The notes beneath the pieces were generated by a model. That model saw nothing but the letters and a program-made list of their open reading frames with translations, had not been told where the DNA came from and made no database searches. From positions 33,569 through 97,568 of the forward strand of contig JBMYNR010000003.1 in the NCBI GenBank assembly GCA_049598495.1: DNA of 64,000 bases, written 5' to 3'. Below, piece after piece: positions 1 to 11,035 of this stretch. Every line of letters begins with the position of its first letter. Position 1 is the stretch's first letter. Origin of the DNA: Opitutales bacterium. GTDB lineage: Bacteria; Verrucomicrobiota; Verrucomicrobiia; Opitutales; Coraliomargaritaceae. The translations under genes and the position numbers were made by a program.

Positions 1-2
1 AA

Positions 3-1475
3 ATGCGCCGCGATCTCCACACAAAGCTACTACGGTTACCCGTCTCGTTTTATGATCAGCGTAAGAGCGGCGAAATTTCATCGCGGGTGATCGAGGATGT
101 GGCCGCGGTGGAGCGGGCTTTACTCGACGGCACGGAACAGGGCACGAGCGCTGCCATTCGAATCATTCTGATCAGCGCCTACCTATTTTACCTGCAACCC
201 TTCCTCGCATGCTTCGTCTTTCTGCCCGTTCCCTTGCTCCTAGTTGTAGGAATACTCTACTCCAAAAATTCACGGATCATCTGGAAAGACGTCCGTAAGA
301 GTGCTGGAGACCTAAACAGTTTACTCGTAGAGGATATTCAAGGCAATCGCCTAATCCAGACCTTCGGCCTTCAAGACCGCGAGTCGGGCCGCTTCGAAGA
401 CAAGGCGGAGACCCTCCGCGCCAAGACCCTCCGCGCGATGTTCCGCTGGGCGAATTACCACCCCTTCACCAATCTCGTGACGAAGTTCGGCTTTCTCAGC
501 ATCGTAGGGATCGGCGGCTATCTCGTGCTTCAGGACAGCGCTGATTTTACAATGGGCAAGCTGGTCGCCTTTTTCCTCCTCTCCAACATGCTCTACCAGC
601 CGATCTCGCAGCTTCACGGTTTGAACCACTTGATCGCAGCGGGCCGCTCGTCGGGAGAACGGGTCTTCGAGATTCTCGATGCGCAGGTTGATGTCGATGA
701 ACCAGAGGCACCTAAGCCGCTGCCGAATGTGCCCATTACGGTCACCTTCGAAAATGTCGGTTTCCAATACCCTGAGCGCCCCGCGATTATTGAGTCTTTT
801 GATCTAACACTGGAGGCCAACAAGGTGACCGCACTGGTCGGACACACGGGCGCAGGAAAATCGACGGTCGCCAATTTGGCGATGCGCACTTACGACGCCA
901 ACTCGGGAATTGTCCGGCTTTCAGGGCTGGACATTCGGGATATTAAACTCGGTGAACTTCACGACAAAGTCGGGCACGTCGCCCAGGATCCTTTTCTCTT
1001 CGAGGGAAGTGTGCGCGACAACATGACACTGGCAAGCACTGAAGCTAGCGAGGATGCCATCATCGAAGCCCTTCGGCAGGCCTGCGCATGGGAGTTCGTC
1101 GACGCCCTACCCGACGGGCTCGACACCAATATCGGCGAGAAAGGAATTCGCCTGAGCCAAGGGGAAAAACAACGGCTTACAATCGCTCGGGTCCTCCTCA
1201 AGAATCCTCCGTTTGTTATTCTCGACGAAGCTACGGCAAGCGTCGACACCATCACCGAACGCAAGATACAGGAAGCCCTCGACCGTCTCGTGGAAGAGCG
1301 AACGGTATTAGTTATTGCCCACCGTCTTTCGACCGTGCGGCGTGCCGACAAGATTGTCGTCATGGAGAAAGGCAGGATTATCGAGATCGGCTCCCACCAG
1401 GAGCTAATCGCCCTCGGCGGCCACTATGCGGATCTCTGGCAACATCAAAGTGACATGATCCCGGAGTATTCCTAG
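3..1475 (+). CDS. ABC transporter, fused permease/ATP-binding protein (MsbA/MdlB-like exporter); probably 5'-truncated by the window edge
   Basis: TM helices followed by Walker A GHTGAGKS, signature LSQGEKQR, Walker B ILDEATA and H-loop IAHRLST. Confidence 0.9.
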   Translation: MRRDLHTKLLRLPVSFYDQRKSGEISSRVIEDVAAVERALLDGTEQGTSAAIRIILISAYLFYLQPFLACFVFLPVPLLLVVGILYSKNSRIIWKDVRKSAGDLNSLLVEDIQGNRLIQTFGLQDRESGRFEDKAETLRAKTLRAMFRWANYHPFTNLVTKFGFLSIVGIGGYLVLQDSADFTMGKLVAFFLLSNMLYQPISQLHGLNHLIAAGRSSGERVFEILDAQVDVDEPEAPKPLPNVPITVTFENVGFQYPERPAIIESFDLTLEANKVTALVGHTGAGKSTVANLAMRTYDANSGIVRLSGLDIRDIKLGELHDKVGHVAQDPFLFEGSVRDNMTLASTEASEDAIIEALRQACAWEFVDALPDGLDTNIGEKGIRLSQGEKQRLTIARVLLKNPPFVILDEATASVDTITERKIQEALDRLVEERTVLVIAHRLSTVRRADKIVVMEKGRIIEIGSHQELIALGGHYADLWQHQSDMIPEYS

Positions 1476-1700
1476 GGGGGAAGCCAGAAGCCATTCAGCT
1501 AATTTCACAGGACCGAGCCACCAAGTGAATTCCTTCTACATCCTGAATTCTTTTGGCTGACTACTTAGCCGATAAACCCTTGACCGACATTTCTAGGCTC
1601 AGCTAAATTTCTTATTTATCGGCATAAGCGGAGATACGGGTAAAACTGGATTATATCTTGCTTATATCAACCTTAAGCTTATTTAAAGCGGCACTCATAC

Positions 1701-2006
1701 ATGAGCACACCAGAAACAAGCGACAGCAGCGAGATCCTAACCAGGGAGCTCGTGGTGCAGAACAAGATGGGCATCCACGCCCGTCCGGCAGCTATGATCG
1801 TACGCATTGCTAATACCTTCAGTGGTGAAGTGTGGGTTGAAAAGGATGGTGAGCAGGTAAACGGTAAGAGCATCATGGGGCTCATGATGTTGGCCGCCGG
1901 AAGGAACTCGCGGCTACTCTTCCGCGCTGAAGGTGAATCCGGTGACGGAGCGCGCATGCTGGAAGAAATCGGTGCACTCTTCGATCGTCGCTTCGAGGAA
2001 GTTTAA
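1701..2006 (+). CDS. ptsH: HPr phosphocarrier protein
   Basis: GIHARPA (His15 motif) and KSIMGLM (Ser46 motif). Confidence 0.92.
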   Translation: MSTPETSDSSEILTRELVVQNKMGIHARPAAMIVRIANTFSGEVWVEKDGEQVNGKSIMGLMMLAAGRNSRLLFRAEGESGDGARMLEEIGALFDRRFEEV

Positions 2007-2059
2007 GCGGCAGGTTACTTTCATCTTCACAAGGTCTAGAAACCAACTATTTACGAACC

Positions 2060-2941
2060 ATGCGAAGTATGACTGGTTTTGGACGCGGCTCTGCTGAGGT
2101 GACCGACCTCGGGGCGCGCATTCTTGTCGAAATTCACTCTGTCAACAGAAAGACCCTTGATATCCAAATCAGCGCCCCTCGGGAGTGGAGCGGCTACGAG
2201 CCAAGCTGCAAGGGCTGGCTGGGCGGCAGCTTTCAGCGAGGCCGCGTGAACATACAGATCAACGTCGAATCAAGTGCGGGCGAAGGAGACGGCTTGCTGT
2301 TAAACGCCGAAGCCATGACGCACAGTATCCAGCAACTAAGAGCGTTTGCCGAGGCCGAGGGTCTGGAATTCTCCCCGGACAGCCATTTCCTTCTGGATCT
2401 GGCCCGCTCGCTCAAAGACAGCTCGGGCCTACCCGACTGGACCGAACTGGAGATCCCCCTCGAGGAAGCTTTCCGAGCAGCCATGGCTGACATCACATCG
2501 ATGCGAACAAGTGAAGGCAGTGCGCTCGCAGCGGATTTGCGGAACCGAATCAACGAGATGGATGCGCTTCGTAAGCAAATCGAGATCCTCGCAGCTGGTA
2601 GCACCGCGTGTTACCGCGACGCCCTCCTGGAGCGGCTCAAGCAACTTGGACTTGAACTCGATCCGTCCGACGAGCGGGTCCTCAAGGAAATCGCCATTTT
2701 TGCGGACCGCTCCGACATCAGCGAAGAGACCACACGCTTAGCCTGTCACTTCGAGCAATTTCTGAGCTTCCTCGATAGTGACGAAGCGACCGGGAGAAAG
2801 ATGGATTTTCTCTGCCAGGAAATTCACCGTGAGTTCAATACGACCGGCAGCAAGTCGAATGATATTGAAATCACCCGACTCGTAATCGAGGGGAAAAACG
2901 CCCTCGAGCGTATCCGCGAACAAGTGCAGAATATCGAATAG
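2060..2941 (+). CDS. yicC: YicC/YloC family endoribonuclease
   Basis: N-terminal [35 protein letters not shown] and C-terminal REQVQNIE. Confidence 0.92.
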   Translation: MRSMTGFGRGSAEVTDLGARILVEIHSVNRKTLDIQISAPREWSGYEPSCKGWLGGSFQRGRVNIQINVESSAGEGDGLLLNAEAMTHSIQQLRAFAEAEGLEFSPDSHFLLDLARSLKDSSGLPDWTELEIPLEEAFRAAMADITSMRTSEGSALAADLRNRINEMDALRKQIEILAAGSTACYRDALLERLKQLGLELDPSDERVLKEIAIFADRSDISEETTRLACHFEQFLSFLDSDEATGRKMDFLCQEIHREFNTTGSKSNDIEITRLVIEGKNALERIREQVQNIE

Positions 2942-3068
2942 ATTGCTGACGTTCAATCACTCAATCGGATTTTTAGGCGTCCCTGCTCTGATAGCCTATT
3001 CATTCTACCCCGAAACACCGCAATACCTCTGGGAACTGATACCGATTCGATGAAAGTATGTCCTAATC

Positions 3069-3374
3069 CTAAAGCCTATTGCTTTTGGTAGATACAATCA
3101 ACTCGTCACGGTGGGCTCTGAAATCCTGAGCGAGGATCTTCCGGCATTGAGACTCGGCTGCCCCTGGCAGGTGGTCTATAATTATTGGCCAGGTCAAAAT
3201 GAGTAATGCCTAAGTCGAAAGCGGTATGAAGCATCGCGCGGGCATTCTCGAAATCATCGAAGTCTCCAAAGTTGTGCCAAAGACCCAGGGACAGCTTGGG
3301 AAGTTCTAGACCACTGCTCCACAGCGAGTATACCGCATCGACGCATATCGTTCGGTATTCGGGGAGTATGTCAT
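3069..3374 (-). pseudogene. Aldo/keto reductase (YghZ/Gpr-like) pseudogene, two frameshifts and 3' truncation
   Basis: Joining three frame segments gives MTYSPNTERYASMRYTRCG / SGLELPKLSLGLWHNFGDFDDFENARAMLHTAFDLGITHFDLANNYRPP / PGAAESQCRKILAQDFRAHRDELIVSTK, then a stop at 3069-3071. Only about 100 codons of a protein normally over 300 aa. Confidence 0.85.
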
Positions 3375-3377
3375 AGT

Positions 3378-4304
3378 CTATTCGAACCTCGGAGGCAAGT
3401 CGAGCGCGTGACAGGCCGCACGCATCATTACGTGCGCATCCACATCCGTGTGAGACCAAATCTCCAGAGAACGTGCACCCTGATGCACCAGCATCGATAG
3501 ACCGTTCGCGGTTCGTAAGCCGTGGGCCTGGGCTTCTTGCAGGAGACGTGTCGCTTCGGGATTGTAAATCATATCATAAACAACCCAGTCGGGGGGCAGC
3601 AGACCTGTATCAAAGGGTGCCGGGTCGTTAGCCTTGAGACCCAGCGAAGTCGCATTGATAAGGATGCCCGACTCGGGGAGATCGGCCGGCACCTGCCCCT
3701 TAAGAGAAAAAGCCTCCGCGCGCTCACCACCCGGCATCGCCTGCACAACCGTCATCAATTCGTCCAAACGGGAAACCGTGCGATTGCCGACATAGAGCTT
3801 CTCACAACCTTCCAGAATACACTGGACTGCTGCGGCCCGAGCAGCCCCACCGGAACCGAGCAGGATGATGGTCGCATCCTTGAGTTCGACTCCGAGATCC
3901 TCGGACAAGCCCGCTTTCAGGCCATAGCCGTCTGTATTAAAACCATCGTAACCGTGCTCGCCCCAGACAAGTGTGTTGCATGCCCCCATCCGCTCCGCGT
4001 CCGGCGATACACCACAGATCAAATCCATTGCCTGGACCTTATGAGGAATGGTTAGGTTGAGACCTAAAAAGTTGTTCTTATAAAAGAGCGGGATCGCCGC
4101 CTCAAAATCCTCAGGGGCGATATCGAAGCGATAGTATGACCAGTCTGTAAAGCGTGAGTCTTGAGCGCTTAATTGCTCGATCGCCGCATTGTGCATCGCG
4201 GGGCTCACGGAATGCGCAATCGGATGCCCGATGACGGCCAGCGGAGTGCCGTCAAATCGACCACTCTTCAGATCGTCGAGCGTGTAGGTGAAATGAATAT
4301 CCAC
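3378..4304 (-). CDS. aroE: Shikimate dehydrogenase
   Basis: GHPIAHSVSP, NLTIPHK, NTD, GSGGAA, INATSLG, DMIYNP, GLSMLVHQG. Start taken at GTG 4304; ORF track gives 4334. Confidence 0.93.
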   Translation of the reverse strand: MDIHFTYTLDDLKSGRFDGTPLAVIGHPIAHSVSPAMHNAAIEQLSAQDSRFTDWSYYRFDIAPEDFEAAIPLFYKNNFLGLNLTIPHKVQAMDLICGVSPDAERMGACNTLVWGEHGYDGFNTDGYGLKAGLSEDLGVELKDATIILLGSGGAARAAAVQCILEGCEKLYVGNRTVSRLDELMTVVQAMPGGERAEAFSLKGQVPADLPESGILINATSLGLKANDPAPFDTGLLPPDWVVYDMIYNPEATRLLQEAQAHGLRTANGLSMLVHQGARSLEIWSHTDVDAHVMMRAACHALDLPPRFE

Positions 4305-4359
4305 GTAAGGCAATGAACGCATTTTACCCCTCACGCGACAACCCTAAAGAAAACGCGTC

Positions 4360-6420
4360 CTAGGCGGGTGCACCCGCAGGCGCTTCTTCGCCGGCGAGTC
4401 CGCCTTTATCTTCGTCCTCTTTCGCGACCTTCTTCGGCTCCTCCTCGGGTGCTTCGTCCTCAGGTGCCTCCGCTATGGTCTCACGCTTGATAATAGGTGA
4501 GCGGATCTCACCGAACTCGAGGATTTCGTGGACATGTTTTCCATCAATCGTCTCGTGCTCAAGAAGCGCCTCGGCGCACACGTCGAGTGCCTTTCGGTGC
4601 TCATTGAGAATATCAAGGGAACGCTGATACTCTTTTTCCACGATGCTATGGATCGCGCTATCGATCTTCTGTGCTGTTTCTTCGCTGTAATTTTGAGAAC
4701 GGGCGACTTCCTGGCCCAAAAAAACGTGGTCCTTGTTCTCCCCGTAAGCAACCGGTCCGAGCTCAGTCATTCCCCAGTCACAAACCATATGGCGAGCTGT
4801 CTTCGTGACCATACGAATATCGCCCGAAGCGCCACTGGTGATATCGCCCATCACGATTTCCTCGGCGGCACGTCCACCCATACCACAACAAATCTGGTTG
4901 AGTAGACGACGTTTTGAATGGTTGAGCAGATCCTTCTTCGGCATGAACATAGTGGAACCAAGGCTCTGCCCACGGGGAATAATCGTCACTTTGTGGACAG
5001 GTAGCTGCCCATCATCGACGACAGCCTGCACAAGCGCATGCCCCGCTTCATGGTAAGCCGTGATCTTGCGATCCTCATCGTCCATCAGCTTGCGTCGCTC
5101 ACGCCCAAAGGAAATCTTGTCGCGGGCCTCGTCGATATCCTCCATGTCGACCGCCTTCTTGTTGTAACGAGCGGCAATCAACGCACCTTCGTTGAGCAAG
5201 TTGGCTAAATCCGCACCTGAAAAACCCGGCGTGTTACGAGCCACGTGCTCGAGATTCACCTCCTCCGACAGGGCAATCTTCTTGGAGTGAACTTTGAGAA
5301 TGTCGTATCGACCGTTGAGATCAGGCAGATCGATCGTGACTTGACGATCGAAACGACCGGGCCTCAGGAGCGCACTGTCGAGAACATCGGGACGATTGGT
5401 CGCGGCGATAATAATCACGCCTTCATGCCCATCAAAGCCATCCATTTCAACGAGAAGCGAATTGAGGGTCTGCTCACGTTCGTCGTTACCGCCGCCCAAC
5501 CCGGCACCACGCTGACGACCAACAGCATCGATTTCGTCGATAAACACAATACAGGGCGCATTCTTTCGCCCCTGTTCAAACATATCACGAACTCGTGCCG
5601 CACCCACACCAACAAACATCTCTACAAAGTCCGAACCACTGATTGAGAAGAATGGTACTTCTGCCTCACCGGCCACTGCCTTTGCAAGAAGCGTCTTACC
5701 TGTGCCCGGAGGGCCCACCATCAATACCCCCTTAGGAATGCGCCCACCTATACGCTGGAACTTTTTGGGGTCCTTGAGGAAATCCACGACTTCCGAAACC
5801 TCCTCCTTCGCCTCATCACAACCGGCAACATCCTTGAAGGTAATTGAGTCCTTCTCACGGGTGAGCATCTTGGCCTTGCTCTTGCCGAAGCTCATGGCAC
5901 CCTTGCCGGCGTTCTTGAGTTGGCGAACGAAGAGAAAATAAAGTAGCCCTATAATCAGGAGAAAGGGCAGGAAACTGATAAGAACATCCTGTATTGCGGT
6001 GCTTGCGCGCTTCTCGTTGAGAACCTCACGAACAAGCAGAAAGTCGTCTTCAGTCAGACGCCCTCGAGTCGCGAAGCGAATCTTAGAGGGCTCGTCCGGA
6101 CTTAGCGCCATCCCCTCCACTTGATTCTCATAGTAAGGGTTCGCCATCTCACCGGAGATGACATAACCATCCCGACCGTAGGAGGGATCGGGCTCCATCA
6201 CGCCGTCACCATCGGCAATTTGGCCATTCTTTACTGCCTGAACCAACTCACTCACAGTAAGTTGCTTCACGTTTTTCCCGGCACTCGGGTTGGCGAACCA
6301 AATGGTTAAAATCGCAGCAACGATTACTAGGTAGACGAGCAAAACCTTAGGCTGAAAGCGCTGAGGAGTGCTGTTCTTACCCGAATCGTTCTTCGGTGGC
6401 GTGTTGTTCTCTGATGACAT
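4360..6420 (-). CDS. ftsH: ATP-dependent zinc metalloprotease FtsH
   Basis: Two TM segments, [31 protein letters not shown] and HEAGH zinc motif. Confidence 0.97.
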   Translation of the reverse strand: MSSENNTPPKNDSGKNSTPQRFQPKVLLVYLVIVAAILTIWFANPSAGKNVKQLTVSELVQAVKNGQIADGDGVMEPDPSYGRDGYVISGEMANPYYENQVEGMALSPDEPSKIRFATRGRLTEDDFLLVREVLNEKRASTAIQDVLISFLPFLLIIGLLYFLFVRQLKNAGKGAMSFGKSKAKMLTREKDSITFKDVAGCDEAKEEVSEVVDFLKDPKKFQRIGGRIPKGVLMVGPPGTGKTLLAKAVAGEAEVPFFSISGSDFVEMFVGVGAARVRDMFEQGRKNAPCIVFIDEIDAVGRQRGAGLGGGNDEREQTLNSLLVEMDGFDGHEGVIIIAATNRPDVLDSALLRPGRFDRQVTIDLPDLNGRYDILKVHSKKIALSEEVNLEHVARNTPGFSGADLANLLNEGALIAARYNKKAVDMEDIDEARDKISFGRERRKLMDDEDRKITAYHEAGHALVQAVVDDGQLPVHKVTIIPRGQSLGSTMFMPKKDLLNHSKRRLLNQICCGMGGRAAEEIVMGDITSGASGDIRMVTKTARHMVCDWGMTELGPVAYGENKDHVFLGQEVARSQNYSEETAQKIDSAIHSIVEKEYQRSLDILNEHRKALDVCAEALLEHETIDGKHVHEILEFGEIRSPIIKRETIAEAPEDEAPEEEPKKVAKEDEDKGGLAGEEAPAGAPA

Positions 6421-6427
6421 GAATGGG

Positions 6428-7888
6428 TCAAAGTGGTTTTCTTGATTGGTAAGTCAACCTAAGAGCCTGCTTCGTCGAGGGAGCGATTTTATAGCGCTCC
6501 GCAGGAGGAAAGCCTGGAATCCAGATGACTTCGCCAGAAGATATAAGGACAAGCGGCAGCGATTTTCGTTCCACTTGGGGAACGCGGCGATCGATGAACC
6601 AGTCTTTTACCTTCTTCCGCCCCGGGGCACCCATCGGGTGGAATCGATCACCCGGTTGCCAGGCACGGATTTCAAGATTTGGGTCTCCTGGATCCGCAAG
6701 AATTGCTTCCCGATGGGGATTTATTTTCCCAGACGCAAGCCGGTCGCGAAGTTCTCCGTCAATTGCAATGCGCTCGCACTGGATGACTGCGCCCGTACTA
6801 AGAAAAACAGACTCATCCACCTCGAGCTTACTCGCTTGCAGGACTTCCTCGGATGCGAAGTCCACCCTACGCTCCAGACAAAGACGATCCCCCTCCATTC
6901 GGATAAAATCTTCGCCCGCGCTCATTTTGAAGTATTTGCGAGAGCTCATAATATTATCGATCAAGACATCCATCGCAGGAGCACTCACTGAAGCGATTAA
7001 TCCGTGCGTACTGAGCCACTCTGCAAGAGCCCGGCGAAGCAAGGCCACAGGCACCGCGCGAAGTCGCGTCCGACTAAGCATCGTATCGTGAGCAAAGGCT
7101 TCGGGCAGTATTTCACGCGCGAACTGGTTCAGAGCCGCCGCATCCTCCTCCAATAGACGCCGGCTACGAGCGGCTCCGAATGAAGCATCCCGCCCAAGGG
7201 CCTCCGACAACTCCGGAATAATCTGCTTTCGTAGAGCGTTCCGCGCGATGCTCATATCATCATTCGAAAGATCCTCTCGCCAGGGAATCGAAACAGAATT
7301 GAGTGCCATGCGGATATCACCCGCGCGCAGATGAAGCATGGGGCGCAGGTGAGTGGGCAGGCCCTCAAAACGAGCTATAGGCCGTGGAGCCGCCAAACCA
7401 TCAGATGCACAACCCCGAGCGATCCGCTGTAGTTGAGTCTCGATGATATCATCCAATTGGTGCCCAAAGAGAATAAAGCGGCAGTCCCGATCGGCGGCAG
7501 ACCGCCTCAAAAAATCGAGCCTGAGAGCCCGTGCCGTCGTCTCCGTAAAGGCTGCCTCATTCTCAGGACGCACCCCGGATGTGTATGGAAGCCCGAAAGA
7601 CTCCGCCAGCGAAGCAACGAAGCTTGCATCGGCGTCTGACTCCTCCCCCCGCCAGCGGTGATTGTAGTGCGCCAGATGAAGCCGCAACCCAAGCTCTTGC
7701 GCACGGACGGCGAAGACACAGAGCATTGAGACAGAATCGGCACCGCCGGAACAAGCGACAAGGACATCGCAGGGGGCCTCCGCCTGAAGACAGTCAGCAA
7801 CCGAGGGCTCAATGGAAGATGCGCCCAGTCGATGCACGAGTGCGGCCGCTCGCTCAGGCCAGTTGATCTGCTGCGGAACGTCTGACAT
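6428..7888 (-). CDS. tilS: tRNA(Ile)-lysidine synthetase
   Basis: PP-loop SGGADS, HYNH, GHQLDD, D.SN...RN, C-terminal GDRFHPMG..KK.KDWFID. Directly upstream of ftsH (conserved synteny). Confidence 0.93.
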   Translation of the reverse strand: MSDVPQQINWPERAAALVHRLGASSIEPSVADCLQAEAPCDVLVACSGGADSVSMLCVFAVRAQELGLRLHLAHYNHRWRGEESDADASFVASLAESFGLPYTSGVRPENEAAFTETTARALRLDFLRRSAADRDCRFILFGHQLDDIIETQLQRIARGCASDGLAAPRPIARFEGLPTHLRPMLHLRAGDIRMALNSVSIPWREDLSNDDMSIARNALRKQIIPELSEALGRDASFGAARSRRLLEEDAAALNQFAREILPEAFAHDTMLSRTRLRAVPVALLRRALAEWLSTHGLIASVSAPAMDVLIDNIMSSRKYFKMSAGEDFIRMEGDRLCLERRVDFASEEVLQASKLEVDESVFLSTGAVIQCERIAIDGELRDRLASGKINPHREAILADPGDPNLEIRAWQPGDRFHPMGAPGRKKVKDWFIDRRVPQVERKSLPLVLISSGEVIWIPGFPPAERYKIAPSTKQALRLTYQSRKPL

Positions 7889-7935
7889 ATTCGTTATCAG
7901 TAGATCGTATGCCTCACCCAGAAGCGAGGCTTTGA

Positions 7936-9864
7936 TTAACCTGCCAAATAGGTGTGCCCCTTAAGAAGCTCTGCATACTCGTCTAGCATACGGGTGCCCT
8001 CCCGCGGCTTGATCTGATCCGCCTTGGTCGCCCGATCGATCATCTTTTTCATTCGACGGGTGAGAATATGACCGTCGTATTGGGTGAACCCCAGGACGTC
8101 TCCGGCAGTAAACCCCTTAATGCTGTCCTCGATATAAAAACCATCTTCCTCATCATCCTCCAGGAAAACATGCACCTCATTCACACGGCCAAATAGGTTG
8201 TGAAGGTCGCCCATGATGTCTTGATAGGCGCCTACCAGAAAGACACCGAGATAATAAGGCTGCTTCGCCCTCAAATCATGCAACCGGATCGTATGCCTGA
8301 TATCTTCAACATCAGTAAACGCCGAGACCTTCCCCTCACTATCACAGGTGATGTCCACAAGCGTAGCATCCACTTCGGGGCACTCGTCAAGACGCTGTAG
8401 TGGCGCAATGGGGAAAAGTTGTCCGCAGGCCCAGTGGTCTATCAGTGACTGGAAAACGGAAAAATTGCACACGTATTGGTCCGCCATTACTTGAGGCAGA
8501 GACTCCAACTCTTCCGGTGTATAGTGCCCGTTCTTGGCGGCATCACTCAATTCCTTGCAGATCGCCCAATAGATTGCATCCGCCTGGCCCCGCCCGGACA
8601 GGTCAAGATATCCAAGATTAAAAAGATTATAGGCCTCTTCTTTCTTCTGCTGAGCGTCGTGAAACCGCTCCAACGGCGTGGAACCACGATCGTTGCTAAG
8701 AATCGCTTGAAAATCGCGCAGGATTGGGTGGATCTTCTTCTGCTTAGGTAGAGGCTTTGGTGCAACCGAGGTCTTGGAAATCCGGTCGAAGACTTCGGTG
8801 ATTAAAATAGAATGGGGCGCCACAATCGCACGGCCACTTTCGGTTACAATATCGGGCACCGCCACTTCGGCATCCTCGCAAACGGTCTTTATGTTATAAA
8901 CCACGTCCCTGGCATACTCCCGCATGGAGTAGTTCATTGAACTCTCATAGCTACTACTGGAACCATCATAGTCGACACCCAAGCCACCCCCCACATCCAT
9001 CAATTCCAGCGGGAAGCCAAGCATTCTCAGCTCACAATAGAACCGGGCTGCTTCCACCGTCGCCTTTTTAATCGTCTGAATATTGGGAACCTGCGAACCA
9101 ATGTGGAAGTGAATTAGACGTAAACTCTCGGATAAACCGGCGCGCTTGAGCCGCTTGGACGCTTCGATAATCTCCGGACTGGTAAGTCCGAATTTCGCGC
9201 CCTCACCGGATGAACTGGCCCATTTGCCCTCGCCCATTGTCGAGAGTTTGATCCGGAAACCGATCCTCGGAACAACACCGAGTTTTTTAGAAATATGAAT
9301 AATTCGAGCGACCTCGCTCAACTGCTCGACGACTAGGTAAATCTCCTTCCCCAGACGGATGCCATGCAATGCCAAGCGAATGAACTCATCGTCTTTGTAA
9401 CCATTACAAATGATGAGGGATTCCGAATCTCTGTGCATTGCCAAAGCAATCATGAGTTCAGGCTTACTTCCACATTCAAGGCCAAAGTGAAAGGGTTTAC
9501 CCGCCTCCTGAATCTCTTCCACGACCTCACGCAACTGATTCACTTTGATAGGAAAAACACCCCGATAACGGCCCGCGTAATTTTCATCTTTGATGGCCTC
9601 CTGGAAGAGATCGTTTAACTCGATGACTCGGGTATGTAGCAAATCCTGAATTCGGACAGTAAGTGGCGGCTTCAGTCCCTTTTCGGCCGCCTCCTTAACA
9701 ATGTCGTGAATTCGAATACTGCGCGTATCCCTGAGAGGATGAACCCGCATGAAGCCATCGTTATCAATGGAGAAATGCCCACCACCCCACTGCTTCAAAC
9801 CGTAATAATTAGCCGAATCTTTAATCGACCAATTCGAACCCTCGTTTTTGCGCGCTGCAGTCAT
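7936..9864 (-). CDS. speA: Biosynthetic arginine decarboxylase
   Basis: FPIKVNQ (PLP lysine), HFHIGSQ, DVGGGLGVDYDG, ESGRA, DITCDSEG, GAYQ. Confidence 0.95.
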   Translation of the reverse strand: MTAARKNEGSNWSIKDSANYYGLKQWGGGHFSIDNDGFMRVHPLRDTRSIRIHDIVKEAAEKGLKPPLTVRIQDLLHTRVIELNDLFQEAIKDENYAGRYRGVFPIKVNQLREVVEEIQEAGKPFHFGLECGSKPELMIALAMHRDSESLIICNGYKDDEFIRLALHGIRLGKEIYLVVEQLSEVARIIHISKKLGVVPRIGFRIKLSTMGEGKWASSSGEGAKFGLTSPEIIEASKRLKRAGLSESLRLIHFHIGSQVPNIQTIKKATVEAARFYCELRMLGFPLELMDVGGGLGVDYDGSSSSYESSMNYSMREYARDVVYNIKTVCEDAEVAVPDIVTESGRAIVAPHSILITEVFDRISKTSVAPKPLPKQKKIHPILRDFQAILSNDRGSTPLERFHDAQQKKEEAYNLFNLGYLDLSGRGQADAIYWAICKELSDAAKNGHYTPEELESLPQVMADQYVCNFSVFQSLIDHWACGQLFPIAPLQRLDECPEVDATLVDITCDSEGKVSAFTDVEDIRHTIRLHDLRAKQPYYLGVFLVGAYQDIMGDLHNLFGRVNEVHVFLEDDEEDGFYIEDSIKGFTAGDVLGFTQYDGHILTRRMKKMIDRATKADQIKPREGTRMLDEYAELLKGHTYLAG

Positions 9865-9945
9865 AGTCAAGACCTGCGGAGCATGTAAGAACCGTGCCCA
9901 AAAAAAAGCACAAAATTCCCGAATATACCTCTAGACAAACACCGT

Positions 9946-10326
9946 CTAAATCAACTGGGAGTAGGCGTCCGCCTTAAGAAGAGATTCGAGCTGGCTTGGC
10001 TCAGTCAACCGAATCTTCAGGAGCCAGCCTTTTTCGTAAGGATCCTGATTGAGTAGCTCGGGCTCTGAATCAACATCTTCGTTGATCTCTATAACTTCGG
10101 CATCAATCGGCATAAACAAATCCGAGGCGGCCTTGACCGACTCAACGACACCGAAGGTATCACCAAGGGCGAAGCTCGCACCCGTTTCGGGAAACTCGAC
10201 AAATGTAATATCGCCCAAACTTTCTTGGGCGTAATCAGTAATCCCGACCACGGCCAAGCCGTCGTCTTCAAGTCGTATCCACTCGTGGTCTTTCGTATAG
10301 AGGAGGTGGTCAGGAATTTGGCTCAT
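9946..10326 (-). CDS. gcvH: Glycine cleavage system H protein
   Basis: HEW, GITDYAQESLGD, VESVKAASD (lipoyl-Lys), DPYEKGWL. Confidence 0.96.
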   Translation of the reverse strand: MSQIPDHLLYTKDHEWIRLEDDGLAVVGITDYAQESLGDITFVEFPETGASFALGDTFGVVESVKAASDLFMPIDAEVIEINEDVDSEPELLNQDPYEKGWLLKIRLTEPSQLESLLKADAYSQLI

Positions 10327-10346
10327 TGAGTCGAAAAAAAATGAGG

Positions 10347-10859
10347 CTATAACTGAGATTCGAAAAACTCAATAATCTGCTCAGTGATATACTTATGCTC
10401 AGCGGCACTGATCTGACCGGACTCAAAGCGCTGTTCCGCAAGCAATACCTGCTGTGCCATCCGCTCAAACGGATCGGAACCAACTGAGGACGGTATCAGA
10501 TCACTCTGCATCTCCACTTTCATTGCGCCCGGTTCGAGATCAACATAGCGACCAAGGTCGTCCGAAAGACCAAAACGAACGAAATTTTCGGCCTTCTCGT
10601 TTGGAACAGGTGCAAAATACCGAACTGATGGGTTGTAGCCCTGCTTCTCCAAACGGATCTCGTGACTCATCTTTCTTGGAAGCGCCACCTGCATGGGAGT
10701 CACTCCCGAAGCCTCGCCGTTAATATAAACACTCGCTCCTGTCGGGAACGACAGGATAGCGACCTCTTGGAGAGCACCCTTTTGGAATGAAGCGCAACCT
10801 GTGACGAATAGGACGCTTAGCGCCCAGAGAAATGGGGTAAATCGAAAGGAGACTTTCAT
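10347..10859 (-). CDS. PEGA-domain lipoprotein
   Basis: Lipobox-like FVTGC; S.PTGASVYING...GVTP...IRLEKQGY PEGA pattern. Confidence 0.75.
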   Translation of the reverse strand: MKVSFRFTPFLWALSVLFVTGCASFQKGALQEVAILSFPTGASVYINGEASGVTPMQVALPRKMSHEIRLEKQGYNPSVRYFAPVPNEKAENFVRFGLSDDLGRYVDLEPGAMKVEMQSDLIPSSVGSDPFERMAQQVLLAEQRFESGQISAAEHKYITEQIIEFFESQL

Positions 10860-11035
10860 GCTAAATGCTGATAATATGTAGGTTCATCGTTTATCCAGCC
10901 TAGAAAATACGGTCAAGACTTTAGCTAGTGACTGCAAAAGAAAGTTTCTAATACGGAATTCTGAATTAATTCTTGTAAGTCGGGGCCCACCCAGCAACAA
11001 AACAGACCATGTGCTGCCTCCGCAGATAACGTGGG

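Noticed and set aside
3106..3459. 117-aa ORF as an intact gene
   Set aside because: It is the middle frame of the frameshifted AKR pseudogene joined to sequence overlapping aroE.
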